From assembly GCA_051362555.1 (NCBI GenBank), contig CM120640.1, positions 11,470,001 through 11,534,000 on the forward strand: a DNA stretch of 64,000 bases, written 5' to 3'. Positions 1 through 12,302 of this stretch are shown one piece after another (within the stretch, counting starts at the first letter, position 1; the number at the start of each line of letters is the position of its first letter). Position numbers and translations under genes: made by a program. The notes under the pieces were generated by a model. The model saw only the letters and a program-made list of their open reading frames with translations. It had not been told where the DNA came from and searched no databases. This DNA comes from Lingula anatina (Eukaryota; Animalia; Brachiopoda).

Positions 1-259
1 ATCAACAGGAAGAATTTTGGACAGATTTTTAAATTCAACAATGCCATACAACATCCTTTGAAGGAAGAGTTTCTTCACAAAACACTTAAGTGTGTGTGGA
101 GGGGGTGGGGGTGTGGGGGTGTGCGCATGCGTATGTGTGTAAAAATAGTCTGATAAAGGTGGTGTCCAACTTGATCTGCATTTAACCAGACAGTACCTCA
201 TATTTTAAATAAAATATACTGACAATGGCCTTGTTATTTCAAGAAAGTCAAGTATTCAC

Positions 260-3200
260 CTCAGAATCTTTGTTCCAGTTAGTGAATTCAAAGTCTGCAA
301 ACAGTGGACAAATCTGAAGAGACTGGAGATTAACACCCTGGTACAAATCTGCAGAATACACAAATTATATTAACATGAGGAAAAACATCTTAAAACATCT
401 ATAATCATTTCACAAAGACTTTGTTTTCAAAAAATATTTTAACTGATAAATCTTAAATAAGAATGTGCTTTATCCATTTCTTGTGTTTTTATTTAAATAA
501 CAAAACACCTGAACATGCTAATTCTAGGCATTGATTGATTTGAGTATTAAAACTAACCTTTGAATTCCTGAAGATCAACTGCCTGAGTCCTCCTGTTGTT
601 TTGTGTTGTGTCTCTCGTGCCCATAAGCACAGTATTAGAGTCCAAAACCAATTCTGAGGAGTCATCCATACACCTCAGGTGGTTCAACAACAGCCCACTG
701 GTGCCTCCTTCATCAAATGCTGCAGAAGTCTTTTGGAACAGGGGGTCAACCTTACAATAAGAGAAACTTCTCAACTGTTGCTGTCCTTTAACATAATTGG
801 CAAGTGCACAGGGTACAATTAAATCATCAAAACTTCTTACATTCATGCTGATCAAAAAGGACTATATCCTCATTTCAGGTAAATGATTGGGTCAAAAAAT
901 CTGATATCAGACTAGTAACATTATGAAAATCCTTATTAATGTAACAGTGCTTGTATACAAAATCAATTCTCACCTCAAATTCCAAATCAAATTTGCTGAC
1001 ATTTATATTCTTAAGATTTTGCTCCACTGTGTTGCTCTTCCTGGCCTATAAAAAAAAAAAAAAACAAAGTATTGTCATGATGGAGCAACAAATCTGTATA
1101 CTTTAAAAAATTGAATAATCATAATCAAAGAACACTACACTTATTTAATCTAGGAATACATTCTTTCTTAATAATTTCTGGAATGTCTTTTATTGAATTA
1201 TTGTTATCATGTATAAATTATTTTTCAATTTCTAAGAAGTACATCAAATCCTCTAAAAGAATTTTTGTCAAGGGGAAACAAAGCAAGTATAGTAACTCAT
1301 GTAGTGGGAATCATCTGAGATAGCCTAAAATGAGGCTGTCGGCACTGCACAATGTGGTACATGACTAGTAAACTTGCAAGAGTCCGCGTCAAGTGTGCTG
1401 AACATTTTAGCAATAAGGGGGAAATTGTGTGTCAGAAATGTCTTAGAAAAGAATACAAAAGTGACAAACAAAACAAGATGAATACCAACTGCTGTGCAAC
1501 AGATTGTAATTCTACAGTACTTTAGAGAAATATCAATGGACAAATTCTGTCAGCTTTATTTGTCACCGTGCCATATTTGTCAGTCTTCCATTATTTCCAA
1601 CTTCATTCTCTTCTATATTCTGTAAAATCTAGCTTTATTTTAATGCTAAGTTCCAAGACTTTAGCTTATGTCATATGATTCCCATTAATGAACAATGTAA
1701 TAAAAGTAAAAAATTCACCCTCTTTCTTTTTTTATTCAAGTCTTCTTCTTGATCAGCATCTTCAGGCACATCCCCATTTTTTTCTGCAAAACAATTATGC
1801 ATTCCAAAATAAACCAAAATTTGTCACAGAAAGGTATCAACAAATTACAACATTCAAGGACTGCTTTATAGTTAAATTCAACTCAATAATGCTAAGAGAC
1901 TCAATGTCTTATTTATTCATCAGCCAAATCAATATTTAACTGGTGTAGACATTTTTCACATGAACAAAAACTGCCAGTGCAGTATGTCTAGGTTCTTTTT
2001 CTATAATTATCAGTTCTGCATTAGTTTACCCTTGTCCCCTTCAGCTTGCCCTCTTCCTAGGCCACCCAGCATCTTGTAAGTGTCTGTGTGAATTGCATCT
2101 ACTCTGCCAGCATAGATCTTGGCACTGGCATCCAGAGTGGAACTAGCAACCTGCACAGATACAAATACACATGTACAGTACAAATACAATCCTTCACATT
2201 TTTGTTTTCATATTTATTCCTTCCTGCCTAAATGTATACTTGCACATCTTACCTGATTTACACCATTTATTAAAAATGAATGTGCACATTTTTGTACTGT
2301 TCATATTCTGCAGAAAAGATACTTCAGCATTGGGTGACAAATGGAAAAAAATAAATAACTTACCTGAAAGTTATTCAATTCTTTTTTCTTCAACAGGTCT
2401 GCCATGTAATCAATCAGGTGAAGGCCAAATGCATTCTTAGAATTGATTTTCTGAAAAATATTTATGTGACATATCAAATTGATGATAGATTTATTCTCAT
2501 TTAATGCTTAAAATCAGAGGCTGCTACATTTCTATGTAAGCTTTTCCAGGCACGCTCTAAAATTAATTTTGCAATAGCAAATGCTCTTAGTGTAACAAAG
2601 TACTGGTAACTAACTGTGCAGTGACTATACATAGCAAAATAATTAAGGCATTATTACACAAAAAGATCTGAAACTCACATTCTCAGCTGACAGCTTGATG
2701 CAGCTTGAATAATGTTCTGCTAGCTGATTGTTGGACAAACCACTTAAAGGGGCAGACCTTCTCCTAAACAAAAAATAGGGTATATCAAACTTGAATGTTT
2801 TGTTCTCCTTCACCTGGATAAAAACCTGCATATATATAAATTGCTTAAATTAGCTGCTATGGAGGTTTCCCCAAAATCACAGACTATTCCAAATATCAAA
2901 TGAAGATAGATCTCTGATTCATATCCAACACTCATCAACAAGCCAAGGTTAATGCATCTTTGCTCAGACAAGTGGATACATGTTTGACAAATCCACTCAA
3001 TAGAAATGGCTTTTTTAAACATAGTTTTACATGAGCCCACCTTGGCAAGTGGTGAAAAATAAAGAAATAGATACATTTTGCTATTCTATGCCAACAGTTA
3101 CCTGTCTGCTGGAGAGGATGGACTACTGAGATTATGCCTCTGTAATTCCATCACCCTGGACCTCCGCCTGGCTTTCTTCTCTGCCTCATCATCATTCATC

Positions 3201-3340
3201 TGTACACCAGTTGGCAGAGGTGAATGGCTGGTGTGCGAAACATGACGCCTGGTCGATGGAGAAATGTATTCTTGAGGTGTGTGGGGTCGCATTACAACAG
3301 CGTTTGGCGCTGGAGAGTGCAAATCTCTTCCAGCTGGCAT
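260..3340 (-). CDS. NCAPH: Condensin I kleisin subunit (condensin complex subunit 2 / barren), 5' part; gene continues past the left edge
   Basis: Minus-strand GT-AG exons at about 3340-3102, 2763-2679, 2450-2364, 2150-2030, 1783-1718, 1045-974, 750-558 and 348-260. They give [32 protein letters not shown]...[36 protein letters not shown] and [31 protein letters not shown], hallmark Cnd2/CAP-H motifs. A non-coding first exon probably ends near 3660. Confidence 0.95.
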
Positions 3341-3639
3341 AGTTGCTGCCTTATGGAACCTAAAAGGAGACGTTGACAGGACTCATTTTAAAAAACTGAG
3401 AGTACTCCTGTGAAAAACATATTGGAGCTTACAGTAAAACTGATAAAGTATAGGTATCTGGAGTGTTAATAGATTTCATTTAAATACCGATCTTCGCCAC
3501 TCTGCATAACCCCAAACACACACACGCCGGGGGCAGTGCACTTCATAATTAATAACTAAATTTCTAAAAGCTTGGACGGTCTAGGGACACACAAAAAAAA
3601 TAAACGAGTAATTATATGCTTTAACATAAAACATTAAAT

Positions 3640-3946
3640 AAACTTTGAATACAACAAACCTATAAGCTTCACAAAAACAATCAATATCTGCAATATATAT
3701 GTTGTGTTTTGAAATTTCCGCTACGCCGTTTGCGATGCGCACGCATTTATTAGGTCTCGCTGATAACGTGAAACTCCGACATCTCTAATAGTTAGGCAAC
3801 ATCAGGAGCGGAAAATTGAAACTGTACACTGCCTAGATTATCTAAAACACAAGAGCTATGTATCAATTATCTTCACACATAATGTTTATGTAGATATTGT
3901 ATTTGTTGTATAAGTTGTTTGCTTTGTCATCTACTTCAGCTTAGGT
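3640..3946. promoter_or_regulatory. Putative bidirectional promoter for NCAPH and SFR1
   Basis: The two genes are head-to-head with start codons about 600 bp apart. A locally CpG-rich patch carries TTTGAA (CHR-like, 3708-3713), TTTCCGC and GAGCGGAAA (E2F-like), and TGCGCACGCA (NRF1-like). Confidence 0.6.
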
Positions 3947-5169
3947 ATGACCGACAGAAACTCTCTAAAACGCACCGAAGAAAAAATTCCACACCTTGCT
4001 GGAAGACAGGTACATGTAAATGCAGCGACACGGACAGATTTTTATGCGGTGACCACGTTGTTGATAACTACCTGTTTTAATAACTGGGTGACCGTGGTCA
4101 GTCTTAATTGACTAAAGTTATATTGACAAGAAATTACATTAAATACTAAGAAATCCCCAACAATGATGAATCATGTTTTAATGAATATATATTTATTTAT
4201 AGACTAGACTAGTAAAGTAGTATATATATATATTTTTTCTTTTTAGATGAGTAGTTCCTTAAGAGCTAGGTTACAGAAATGTAGTCGGTACCATATGCCT
4301 GCAGCTACAACAGAATCCCCTGTGGTGGGTCCAGACTTAGCTTCGTGTTCTCAGTCAGCACACAAGAGCACCAGTTGTGTGAAACCTCATAAAGTTCTGA
4401 CTTTCTCTTCTCCACTGCCAAATCCAAAACCAATGGAGAGCCATATAGAAGTTAATAAAAGTACACCAAAAAGATCATTACAAGATATTTGTGATGACAA
4501 ATTTCCTTTTCGGAGGAAGAATAAGGAATTAAAAACCTGTCAAAAAGATGAAAATGTTTTAGTTGAGAAACATGCAAGATCGGTAAACATTATTCCGACA
4601 GAGGAAGCACCATCAAAGGATAAGTTTACAGATTCGGTGTCAAGAGCAACTCAGGTTGACAAGGAAACTGATGCCTCTGCAGTTAAAGACACACACTGTA
4701 TTTCAGATCTTGATCATATAAATCTTTGTCTTCAACAACAAATTGAATTCAAAGAAGAACAACTGAGAAGATTGAAAATGGCAAAGCTCTACAGATCAAA
4801 GGTCATAACTTGTGTTCTTTGTTTATTTATTTGATTTTTATTGTAAATTTGCATTTGTGATTTTTTCCTAGTGTGCAAGTACGTATATGTAGTTACAAGG
4901 TAAACTTAAGGTAAATCTTCTCTAGTTCATTCTTTCAACTGCTGTTAAACATTTAATTACTTTTACATATACATTATCTTTCCTTTTAGAATGACCTAGA
5001 TAAGCTGCAGGGCCTCATAACCAAATGGAAACATGTATGCCAAGGTGCCATTCAGGAATTAAGGGACTTGGCTCCAGAACCGAAACCAACTCTTACTGAG
5101 ATAGTAGATCATTTCCAGATAGATCACAAATTACTTGATTATGATGCTGAAGACGAAACATTTTTATAG
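3947..5169 (+). CDS. SFR1: Swi5-dependent recombination DNA repair protein 1 homolog (Mei5/Sfr1), about 265 aa
   Basis: Exons 3947-4009, 4247-4801 and 4990-5169, all phase 0. The C-terminus KEEQLRRLKMAKLYRSK-NDLDKLQGLITKWKHVCQGAIQELRDL...TLTEIVDHFQIDHKLLDYDAEDETFL* resembles the Mei5 domain of vertebrate SFR1. Confidence 0.9.
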
Positions 5170-5751
5170 GTGGGGTCTATCACAGGGGACACGAGATTTT
5201 GGTTACTTGTCACAGCATCAGTGATATGTTTTCCAGAGATCAACCACAAACTGACTGATCTATGCATTTATTTCATTGGCTGAGAAATCTGGAATCTCCT
5301 AAGACAGCACAGACAATCCAGCTATTGGCTCCACTGACCTACAGTACTCTGATGATCTCTGTTCTCTAATCTCTCTACAAAGTTTCCTCTATATACAGTA
5401 TACTGATACAAAGTATGAAGCACAGTGATTCCTATGGCAAAAGATATTAAAGCCAATTAAGACATTTACGTGAAACCTTGACAAAACAATTAAAATGAGA
5501 TTGATTTTACTTTAATTAGGATGTGAAGCCTTAACTCAAGTTACTCAATCCTTTTAAAACATGGTTACAGTTCCTTCCAGTGAATAAAATACATTAAGAG
5601 ATTTGTGTAATTTCATTATAACTGAGATGTGAAAAATCTTTACCTAGTTTCTAAAATGAAATTTGGCTGTGAAATCACCACTATGACACAATAATGCCCA
5701 AGCAACTGTTTTATGCAATGTTCAGCAAATACTGTAGCTAATCGGTTAGTA

Positions 5752-7482
5752 TTTATTGTACCACCAGCGTTAGCGCTGGCGGTACACATGGTTTCGGTCC
5801 CGTCCGGATCGTTCCGTCGGCTCCGTTGGCTCCGCCGGACGGCTACCGTTACCGCTTCTCCTCCTAGACGGTAAGGGCCCCCGTACCCATCTCATGGATT
5901 TAGGTCACCTATAATCTCAACTCGTTCCACGTAAAATTTGGGCTTTGTCGGTATTGGGGTCTGGGTGTGGCACTCATTGCAATGCACCCTTGTCTAAAAA
6001 TGGCAAAATTAAATGCTAATTATCTACCCTACGGAAGGAGTTATGGGAAAAATTTCTATAGACGGCTTTCCAAAAGTCATATGTGTAGATTTCAAATATA
6101 CCCTTGGATTTGACCTTTGACCTCTACTTCAAGGTCAAATGGGCCAAAATTTTCAAAAAAATTAAATTTTTTACGAAAAAAAAATTTTTTTCCCTGTTAT
6201 TCAGACACCACACAGACTTAACCAATAATATTATTGGAAAGTGTTACCCTTCAGGTCATCTTTCATCTCCATGAATTTGGGGTCAATCGGTGCATTTTCA
6301 CGGGAGTAGCGGCCATAAGATACCGAAACTGAAAACTGTCTCTAATTCGGGAACCGTTAATGCTAGAGACCCATTCTTTTTTGCATTTTGTAGAGCATGT
6401 AAAGCCCAACACTGGCGGTGGTCTCGGTTTTTTTTGTATTCCATACGGTTTTCGAGTTATGCTGTATCAAAAAGTACATATTGGTGGTAAAAGCAAAATG
6501 TGCAGTACGGTAATGGATAATAAATTTTGAACTCTGGAAAAATAAAACATAAGGCTTGGCAAAGCAGACAACTTGTGTTCAAAAATGACATTATTTCATC
6601 AAATTTGAACTTCTGAAACTTCAGAGCACCTCCTATTTCAAGAATTTTGACCAAAATGACATTTTCTTTATTTTAATTAATTTTTTCTGTACGAAATTTA
6701 AGGCACATTATGGTAACTCCAAAATTATAACATCTAGTCCCTTATATCTCCAAAACTGGCAGAGATAGGTCCATAGTTACTATTGAACTTGAATAGGAAG
6801 TCATATACTGGCAATCTAAATGTGACCTTAAAATTGACCTTTGACCTACTTTACACCATGAACTGAATTTTGCAAATTTTGCTTTCCTTTTATCTCCAAA
6901 ACTGGCAGAGATAGGTCCGTAGTTACTATTGAACTTGAATAGGAAGTCATATACTGGCAATCTAAATGTGACCTTGAAATTGACCTTTGACCTACTTTTC
7001 ACCATGAACTGAATTTTGCTTCCCTTTTATCTCCAAAACTGGCTGAGATAGGTCCATAGTTACTATTGAAGTTGAATAGGAAGTCCTATACTGGCAATCT
7101 AAGTGTGACCTTGAAATTGACCTTTGACCTACTTTTTATCATGAACTGAACTCTGCTAATTTCTTTCTCTTTTAACTTCAAACTTGACAGAGATAGGTCC
7201 ATAGTTACTCTTGAACTTGAATAGGAAGTCATATACTGGCAATTTACTGTGACCTTGAAATTGACCCTTGACCTACCTTACGAAGAACTTAAATTTGATT
7301 GTACCATATATATTTTTTGCAATAGTTAAAAAATTCTTGTTGATTGCATTTTTACAGCTTGTCAAGCACAAAACTGGTGGCTGTGTCCCTTATTTTGTGT
7401 ATGTGGGGGTCTATACGAATGCGTTTGCTCCAGCTGGTGGTACAATATTTGGAGGCGGTATCGCCTCTCTGATCCTCTAGTT
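5752..7482 (+). mobile_element. Non-autonomous Helentron (HINE/DINE-1-like), family A
   Basis: The 5' end TTTATTGTACCACCAGC is followed by a self-complementary GCTGGCGGTACA and CCGT-type microsatellite. The 3' end has a subterminal inverted copy GCTGGTGGTACAATA, a hairpin GAGGCGGTATCGCCTC and terminal CTAGTT. Internal tandem repeats are present. Confidence 0.8.
6742..7278 (+). repeat. About 4 tandem copies of a ~140-bp unit inside the HINE
   Basis: The unit TATCTCCAAAACTGGCAGAGATAGGTCCATAGTTACTATTGAACTTGAATAGGAAGTC...TGACCTTTGACCTAC recurs near 6744, 6891, 7028 and 7172. Confidence 0.9.
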
Positions 7483-7775
7483 CAAAGTGGTAAATGTAAA
7501 CTATTGTCACCAAAACAAATTTGGGCGAGATGCTGTTAGGTGAATTCTCTTATACACTGTGAAGTCTGAAATCTTTTGAGTATATGTAGACTCCACTTTT
7601 CTTTTGTGTCCAAAGGTCACTTTTGATTTAGCAGACTGTGTTTTGTCAGACTGAATTTGGCAAAATTTCAGCAATGTCACCTTTATAAATGATTAAAACG
7701 CTGAACGTTTTTTTACAGAATGCTAAAAAATGATAGGTTTCATCACAAATCTGGTTAACAAGTCTTTTCAGCAAT

Positions 7776-7907
7776 TTTCCCATACCTAGATCCATCTAAC
7801 AGGATTGATCTATCTCCAAGGGGACTCTCGCTTAAGTTGATTGCAATTTATTGAGAATCCCCTTGGAGATAGATTGATCCACAGTTAGTACGTTAGGGTC
7901 TGGGAAT
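7776..7907. repeat. ~130-bp imperfect foldback (MITE-like hairpin)
   Basis: Inner arms GATCTATCTCCAAGGGGA / TCCCCTTGGAGATAGATT; outer arms TTCCCATACC / GGTCTGGGAA. Confidence 0.6.
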
Positions 7908-9072
7908 GGTCCCTAAAATGGTGTTCTAGATTAAATGGAATAGTGGCCCTTCCCTCAACTTAAGGATTAAATTAAATAAAGTTTTAATTATAAATATTAC
8001 AGAAATAGAATCACAACAATGACATTTTCTGCTTTAATTTTTATTGCACATTCACTTATACGAAACTGAAAAATATATTTACAAAGGCTCTAGATGTGAT
8101 ATAGCATGAATATAGTCAATATATACTAACAGTCAAGGAAAACGCATCATTTATTTATCAAATAATATTTTAAGTTCCTTTGGCACATTAAGAAAATAAC
8201 AGTTTTCATGTGAAATATGACCCATTATTCAGTCACACAAGGTGAAATAAAGGTCAGAAAAGATCATTAAAATGCAAGGTCACGTGATCAAATCTCTTTG
8301 GTTCTGCCCAGCCTCCAGCATCCCCAGGGTCCGCAGTTGCTCTTCCAGTGTCAGACGTGGCATCACAGAACTTTTTTGTCATGTGTCATACTGGATTTGG
8401 TGACTACCTTAAATAGGCTTAATTAATCACTATATATTGAACCTGATTAATTCACACCAATCACGAGACCGGAAAAACAAAATTTTGTAACAGCTGACCA
8501 CAAAATCACTGAAGCGAAAATTTTAAACATCCGAGTGGTCAGCCCACTCTCTTATGACTAAACAAGTGCATTTGTACTTGTTTATATGGTTGGAATCAAT
8601 TCTCGGTAAAAGTACAAGAGTACAAAAGTACAAGAAAGTTTTCCGATGCGTTTTTAGTGACTGTCAGTATAAAAGAAAGATTCAAACTGGGAATTCAGAA
8701 AAGAAAAGAACCAAGGGGAATAATTGATGTGAAATACCCATTTAAACACTTGTTTTTATAACCATGCTTCGACATGCATATTCCACAAATGTTAAAATTC
8801 AAACGTAAATTTTGGCTATGCACAGAATGTTTGTTTTTGCATACAATACTGGTGTGGCATTTTGCTTTTCTTAAGGAAAACTATTCAAAACCCTCATACA
8901 AAATGAATCTCTCAACAAGCTATCCACTATGTAAATCTTTCAATTCTATACAGCATACCTCTTCATAAAAACAAAAACAAAAAAAGAAGTTTCCTCATAT
9001 CTGGTTACCAAAGGGGCAAGGTAATGTGATATTTACTTGTAACCAGTTGAACATCTTAAATCATACCACATT

Positions 9073-9347
9073 GGGGCCATTTAGAATAGTTGATCTGAGT
9101 ACTAACTGATCCGCTGACTAAATATGGCCTACCCCACTTCAATGTCGCTGATTCCCGATGGTCTCCCCGCCTCCACATGCGCCATTAAATCTCGGTGTTG
9201 AGGTTTAATTGCAAGGCTCCTGCAGCTACGGAGTGTGTGGAGGCAGGGAGACCATCAAGGAATCGGCGGCATCGCTTTTGAAGTGGGGTCAGCCATATTT
9301 TGCCGGCAGATCAGTTAGTACTCGGATCATCTATTCTGAATGGCCCC
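9073..9347. mobile_element. PIF/Harbinger (Tourist-like) foldback MITE
   Basis: Termini GGGGCCATTTAGAATAG / CTATTCTGAATGGCCCC, with imperfect arms of about 110 bp. A 3-bp duplication ATT sits at 9070-9072 and 9348-9350. Confidence 0.75.
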
Positions 9348-9620
9348 ATTAACATATATATATATAAAGGGTGACAAGCTTTTGACTTAAAGATCAAAAC
9401 TATCATTCATTGTAAAGTTCTGGTCAAGAGTACACTGCATATAAATTTTGTTTCTTCATTCAGATAATCTGTAAAGTTGGTATTTATAACCAGTTTGTCT
9501 CTGATAGAGTTCCCCTTTCTTCGATCCCTATGGTTTTATGGGGATCTGAACAAAAAATACTTTGCATCAAATTTAGTTAACACAGATGGTTATATTTCTT
9601 CATGACAGGCTTCATGTGTA

Positions 9621-11101
9621 TCAAGGACTGGAAGTGTTCAGATAAAGACTGTCTATATCTGGTAATGGGACATATTCCAGCTGAACAATCTCCTCCTCTT
9701 CAAGGCAGACGCCTGAAAACAAAACCAGGCACTTTGGGACAAAGGATACATCGTATCAATTGAGGATTTTATACATTTGAAGGGATATTTCCAGACGGGA
9801 TAATGAAACCATGTAGAATTATTTATGTGATATCTTTAGTTCATCTTGAATGACAACAGAATTACACTAGGCCTGACTCAATAACTTAAATTACCCATCT
9901 TTTAATTATCAACATCACTACCTTCACTTATTGACATGATATCTGCAATGATCCCATTATCCTCCAAGTCTGAGGGAGGATCAATTTCCCCAGACTTTCT
10001 ACCACACAAGGAAAACAACATAGAAGGTCTCCACTTCTTAATCTGACTTATGTAGCTGCTTGGTCTTTCTTCTGATGGGAATATGTCTTCAAAATCATCT
10101 GAAATAATGTACTTATACAATCATGCTTCTATGTATTTCAGTATTTAAAGTACCATGAACATTATGGATTAGCTAAAATTGTTTTCCATTCCAAATTGCA
10201 CTGACTTTCAACAGATCTAAACATACAATCAAAACCACATATAGAAGAATTCATTTTAAAGGAATAGTTGACACCAGAATTGCTCTTACTACCTTCTGGG
10301 TCTTGATAAATGTGCATAGTTTCTGGTTCATCATCCCACCAGGAGGCTGCCTTGCATACTGATACTGGCAATGTGCTAATGGAGACCTGTTGATTGCACT
10401 TGGGTAAAACTGCTTCTTTTCGCTGGAAATATGTGATTAATGTACTAATAAAAATGTATAGCTGATAAATTGTGAATACATTACTCACACCATTTTGAAG
10501 GTTTTCTTTACATGTATCTCATGTATTAAAGAAAGAACTATGAAACAATCTATTTCACAAAAGTACAATGGAGACATTCAATTGCATGGTACTGTCATGA
10601 AAAGCAACATGGGTAGATATACTGTGTGAAATGTACCTGTTTTAATGTTTTCTTTAATGATGCACCCTCTGTCTTCGGCTGTTCTTTGTTCTTTTTTGAC
10701 AAATCCCTGCTTGGCTGTTTCTTGATGAAGGTATCCTTTTTACCAGTAACACGTTCAATGTTTTGATTTCCAGTGTTGAGAATACCCAATGCTTTTCTTG
10801 GTCCTCCCTTCTGTACTGTTCTCTGCTCATTGCATCTTTGGAAAATTTTTCCACCTGAAAAGGAGGCTGCAGCAATTAATCCTACGTGTATGCTTATTAG
10901 ATAAGGGGGTTAAAAGATATATAAACATGAAGTGTCACATTTTGATGCTGTGTCCACATAAAAGGCGTAGATCTTTAAAAAAAACGAACAAAGCCTTGCT
11001 ATGTTACCTTGTCTTGAGCCAGTTGTAGTCTGTCCTTTTCTACTACTGTTAGTTCCAATTATATTCTCCTGGTCCACGTAAGGTTGGACTAATGATGTCA
11101 T
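9621..11101 (-). CDS. PTTG1: Securin (PTTG1-like separase inhibitor), about 236 aa
   Basis: Phase-consistent exons 11101-11008, 10854-10637, 10422-10293, 10098-9922 and 9712-9621. Protein: MTSLVQPYVDQEN (human MATLIYVDKEN), D-box RKALGILN (human RKALGTVN), a Lys-rich linker, then DDEPETMHIYQDPEDDFEDIFPSEE (human [26 protein letters not shown]) and an acidic tail. Confidence 0.78.
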
Positions 11102-12037
11102 TTTTAGCTGATGTGCCTATACATAGGTTTCTGAAATCAACCATATAATATGAAATAGACTTCTAGTCTACAATTTACTAAACATGATGTGCACAACTTA
11201 GATCCTGCTAAATTTGAAATAATATGTGATAATGCTGAACGCATGAAACCGACCAGCAGTTATTTAGATATAACATAGATCTAAGACTTATGAAGCCTAA
11301 CAAAACCCATAAGTTGGGCGATAACTTAATAGTCTAGTTCTAGGTCTAATCTAAAGCACTAGCACGGACCTCCACTACCGTGATCTTCAGCTACTCCAGT
11401 GAAGTTGTTTTCATGAATGCCCTCAGTTTGATCAACGCGCTATTCATAAAAATCTGACCAATCACTGGGCCGATTTAGACTCTATAGTTCGGCAACATTG
11501 AAGTTCGGTAGTTTGGCTCAACTTATGTGAAAAGAGTGCGTGTCTGTGTGTGCGTTGAATGGTGGGGTGGGGTGGGGTGGGGGGGGGGGGGGAGAGTTTT
11601 AAAATATTGGTAATACCAAAACAGCGGAAAGAAAAGTATTGAAAGTTAACTTGTAAGCAGGTTCTTTGACGTTGGATGGATAGTACCAAGAAAGTCCATA
11701 AAGCCTAGGCCTATAAAAAGAACAAATTGTAGCTAGTATAGGCCTATATTCATATATATCTAGAATGTGGGCCTAAACTGTGTTAAACTGTCTAGATCAA
11801 TTCGATACACGATAGAGTCTGTTTATTTAACTGACCTTATGTGAATTTTCGAGTTATTTCCATAGATGTCTTTATTTAGTAAAGACAACGATGTTTATTC
11901 TGGGTATAAATAGCACGTGGTAGATCTTTTTATGAAATTCCAATTTTTTCTGTCTTATCCAATATTATTTAATTTCCTATCACTTTTGTCATTCTATATA
12001 AAGGGAGTTGTTTAATGAGAGGGGGCACTGCAGGAAT

Positions 12038-12085
12038 CAGGGACGGATCCAGGATAATTTCAGAAGGGGGGAGGCGCGAATGCGA

Positions 12086-12119
<34 letters not shown>

Positions 12120-12302
12120 TTTGGTGAGGGGTTCAGAGCCCGCTGAAGGTCCCCGAAAATTTTTGGTATTTTAGAAGTCCGGTTTAGAACTATGATTCAG
12201 CTAGTCAAAATCCTAAGTGAGGGGACCATTGGTGTGATTTTTTTTCAGAAATCGAAGGGGGAGGGGGTCAGGACCCCCCTGACCCCCCTAAATTCGCCAC
12301 TG
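12038..12302. mobile_element. GC-rich short non-autonomous DNA transposon (CAG...CTG ends)
   Basis: Termini CAGGGACGGATCCAG / CTAAATTCGCCACTG with internal poly-C/G tracts. Flanks GGAAT / TGAAT match at 4 of 5 bases. Confidence 0.6.

Noticed and set aside
6742-7278. Regularly spaced repeats as a CRISPR array
   Set aside because: These are contiguous ~140-bp tandem units with no unique spacers and no cas genes, inside a eukaryotic HINE.
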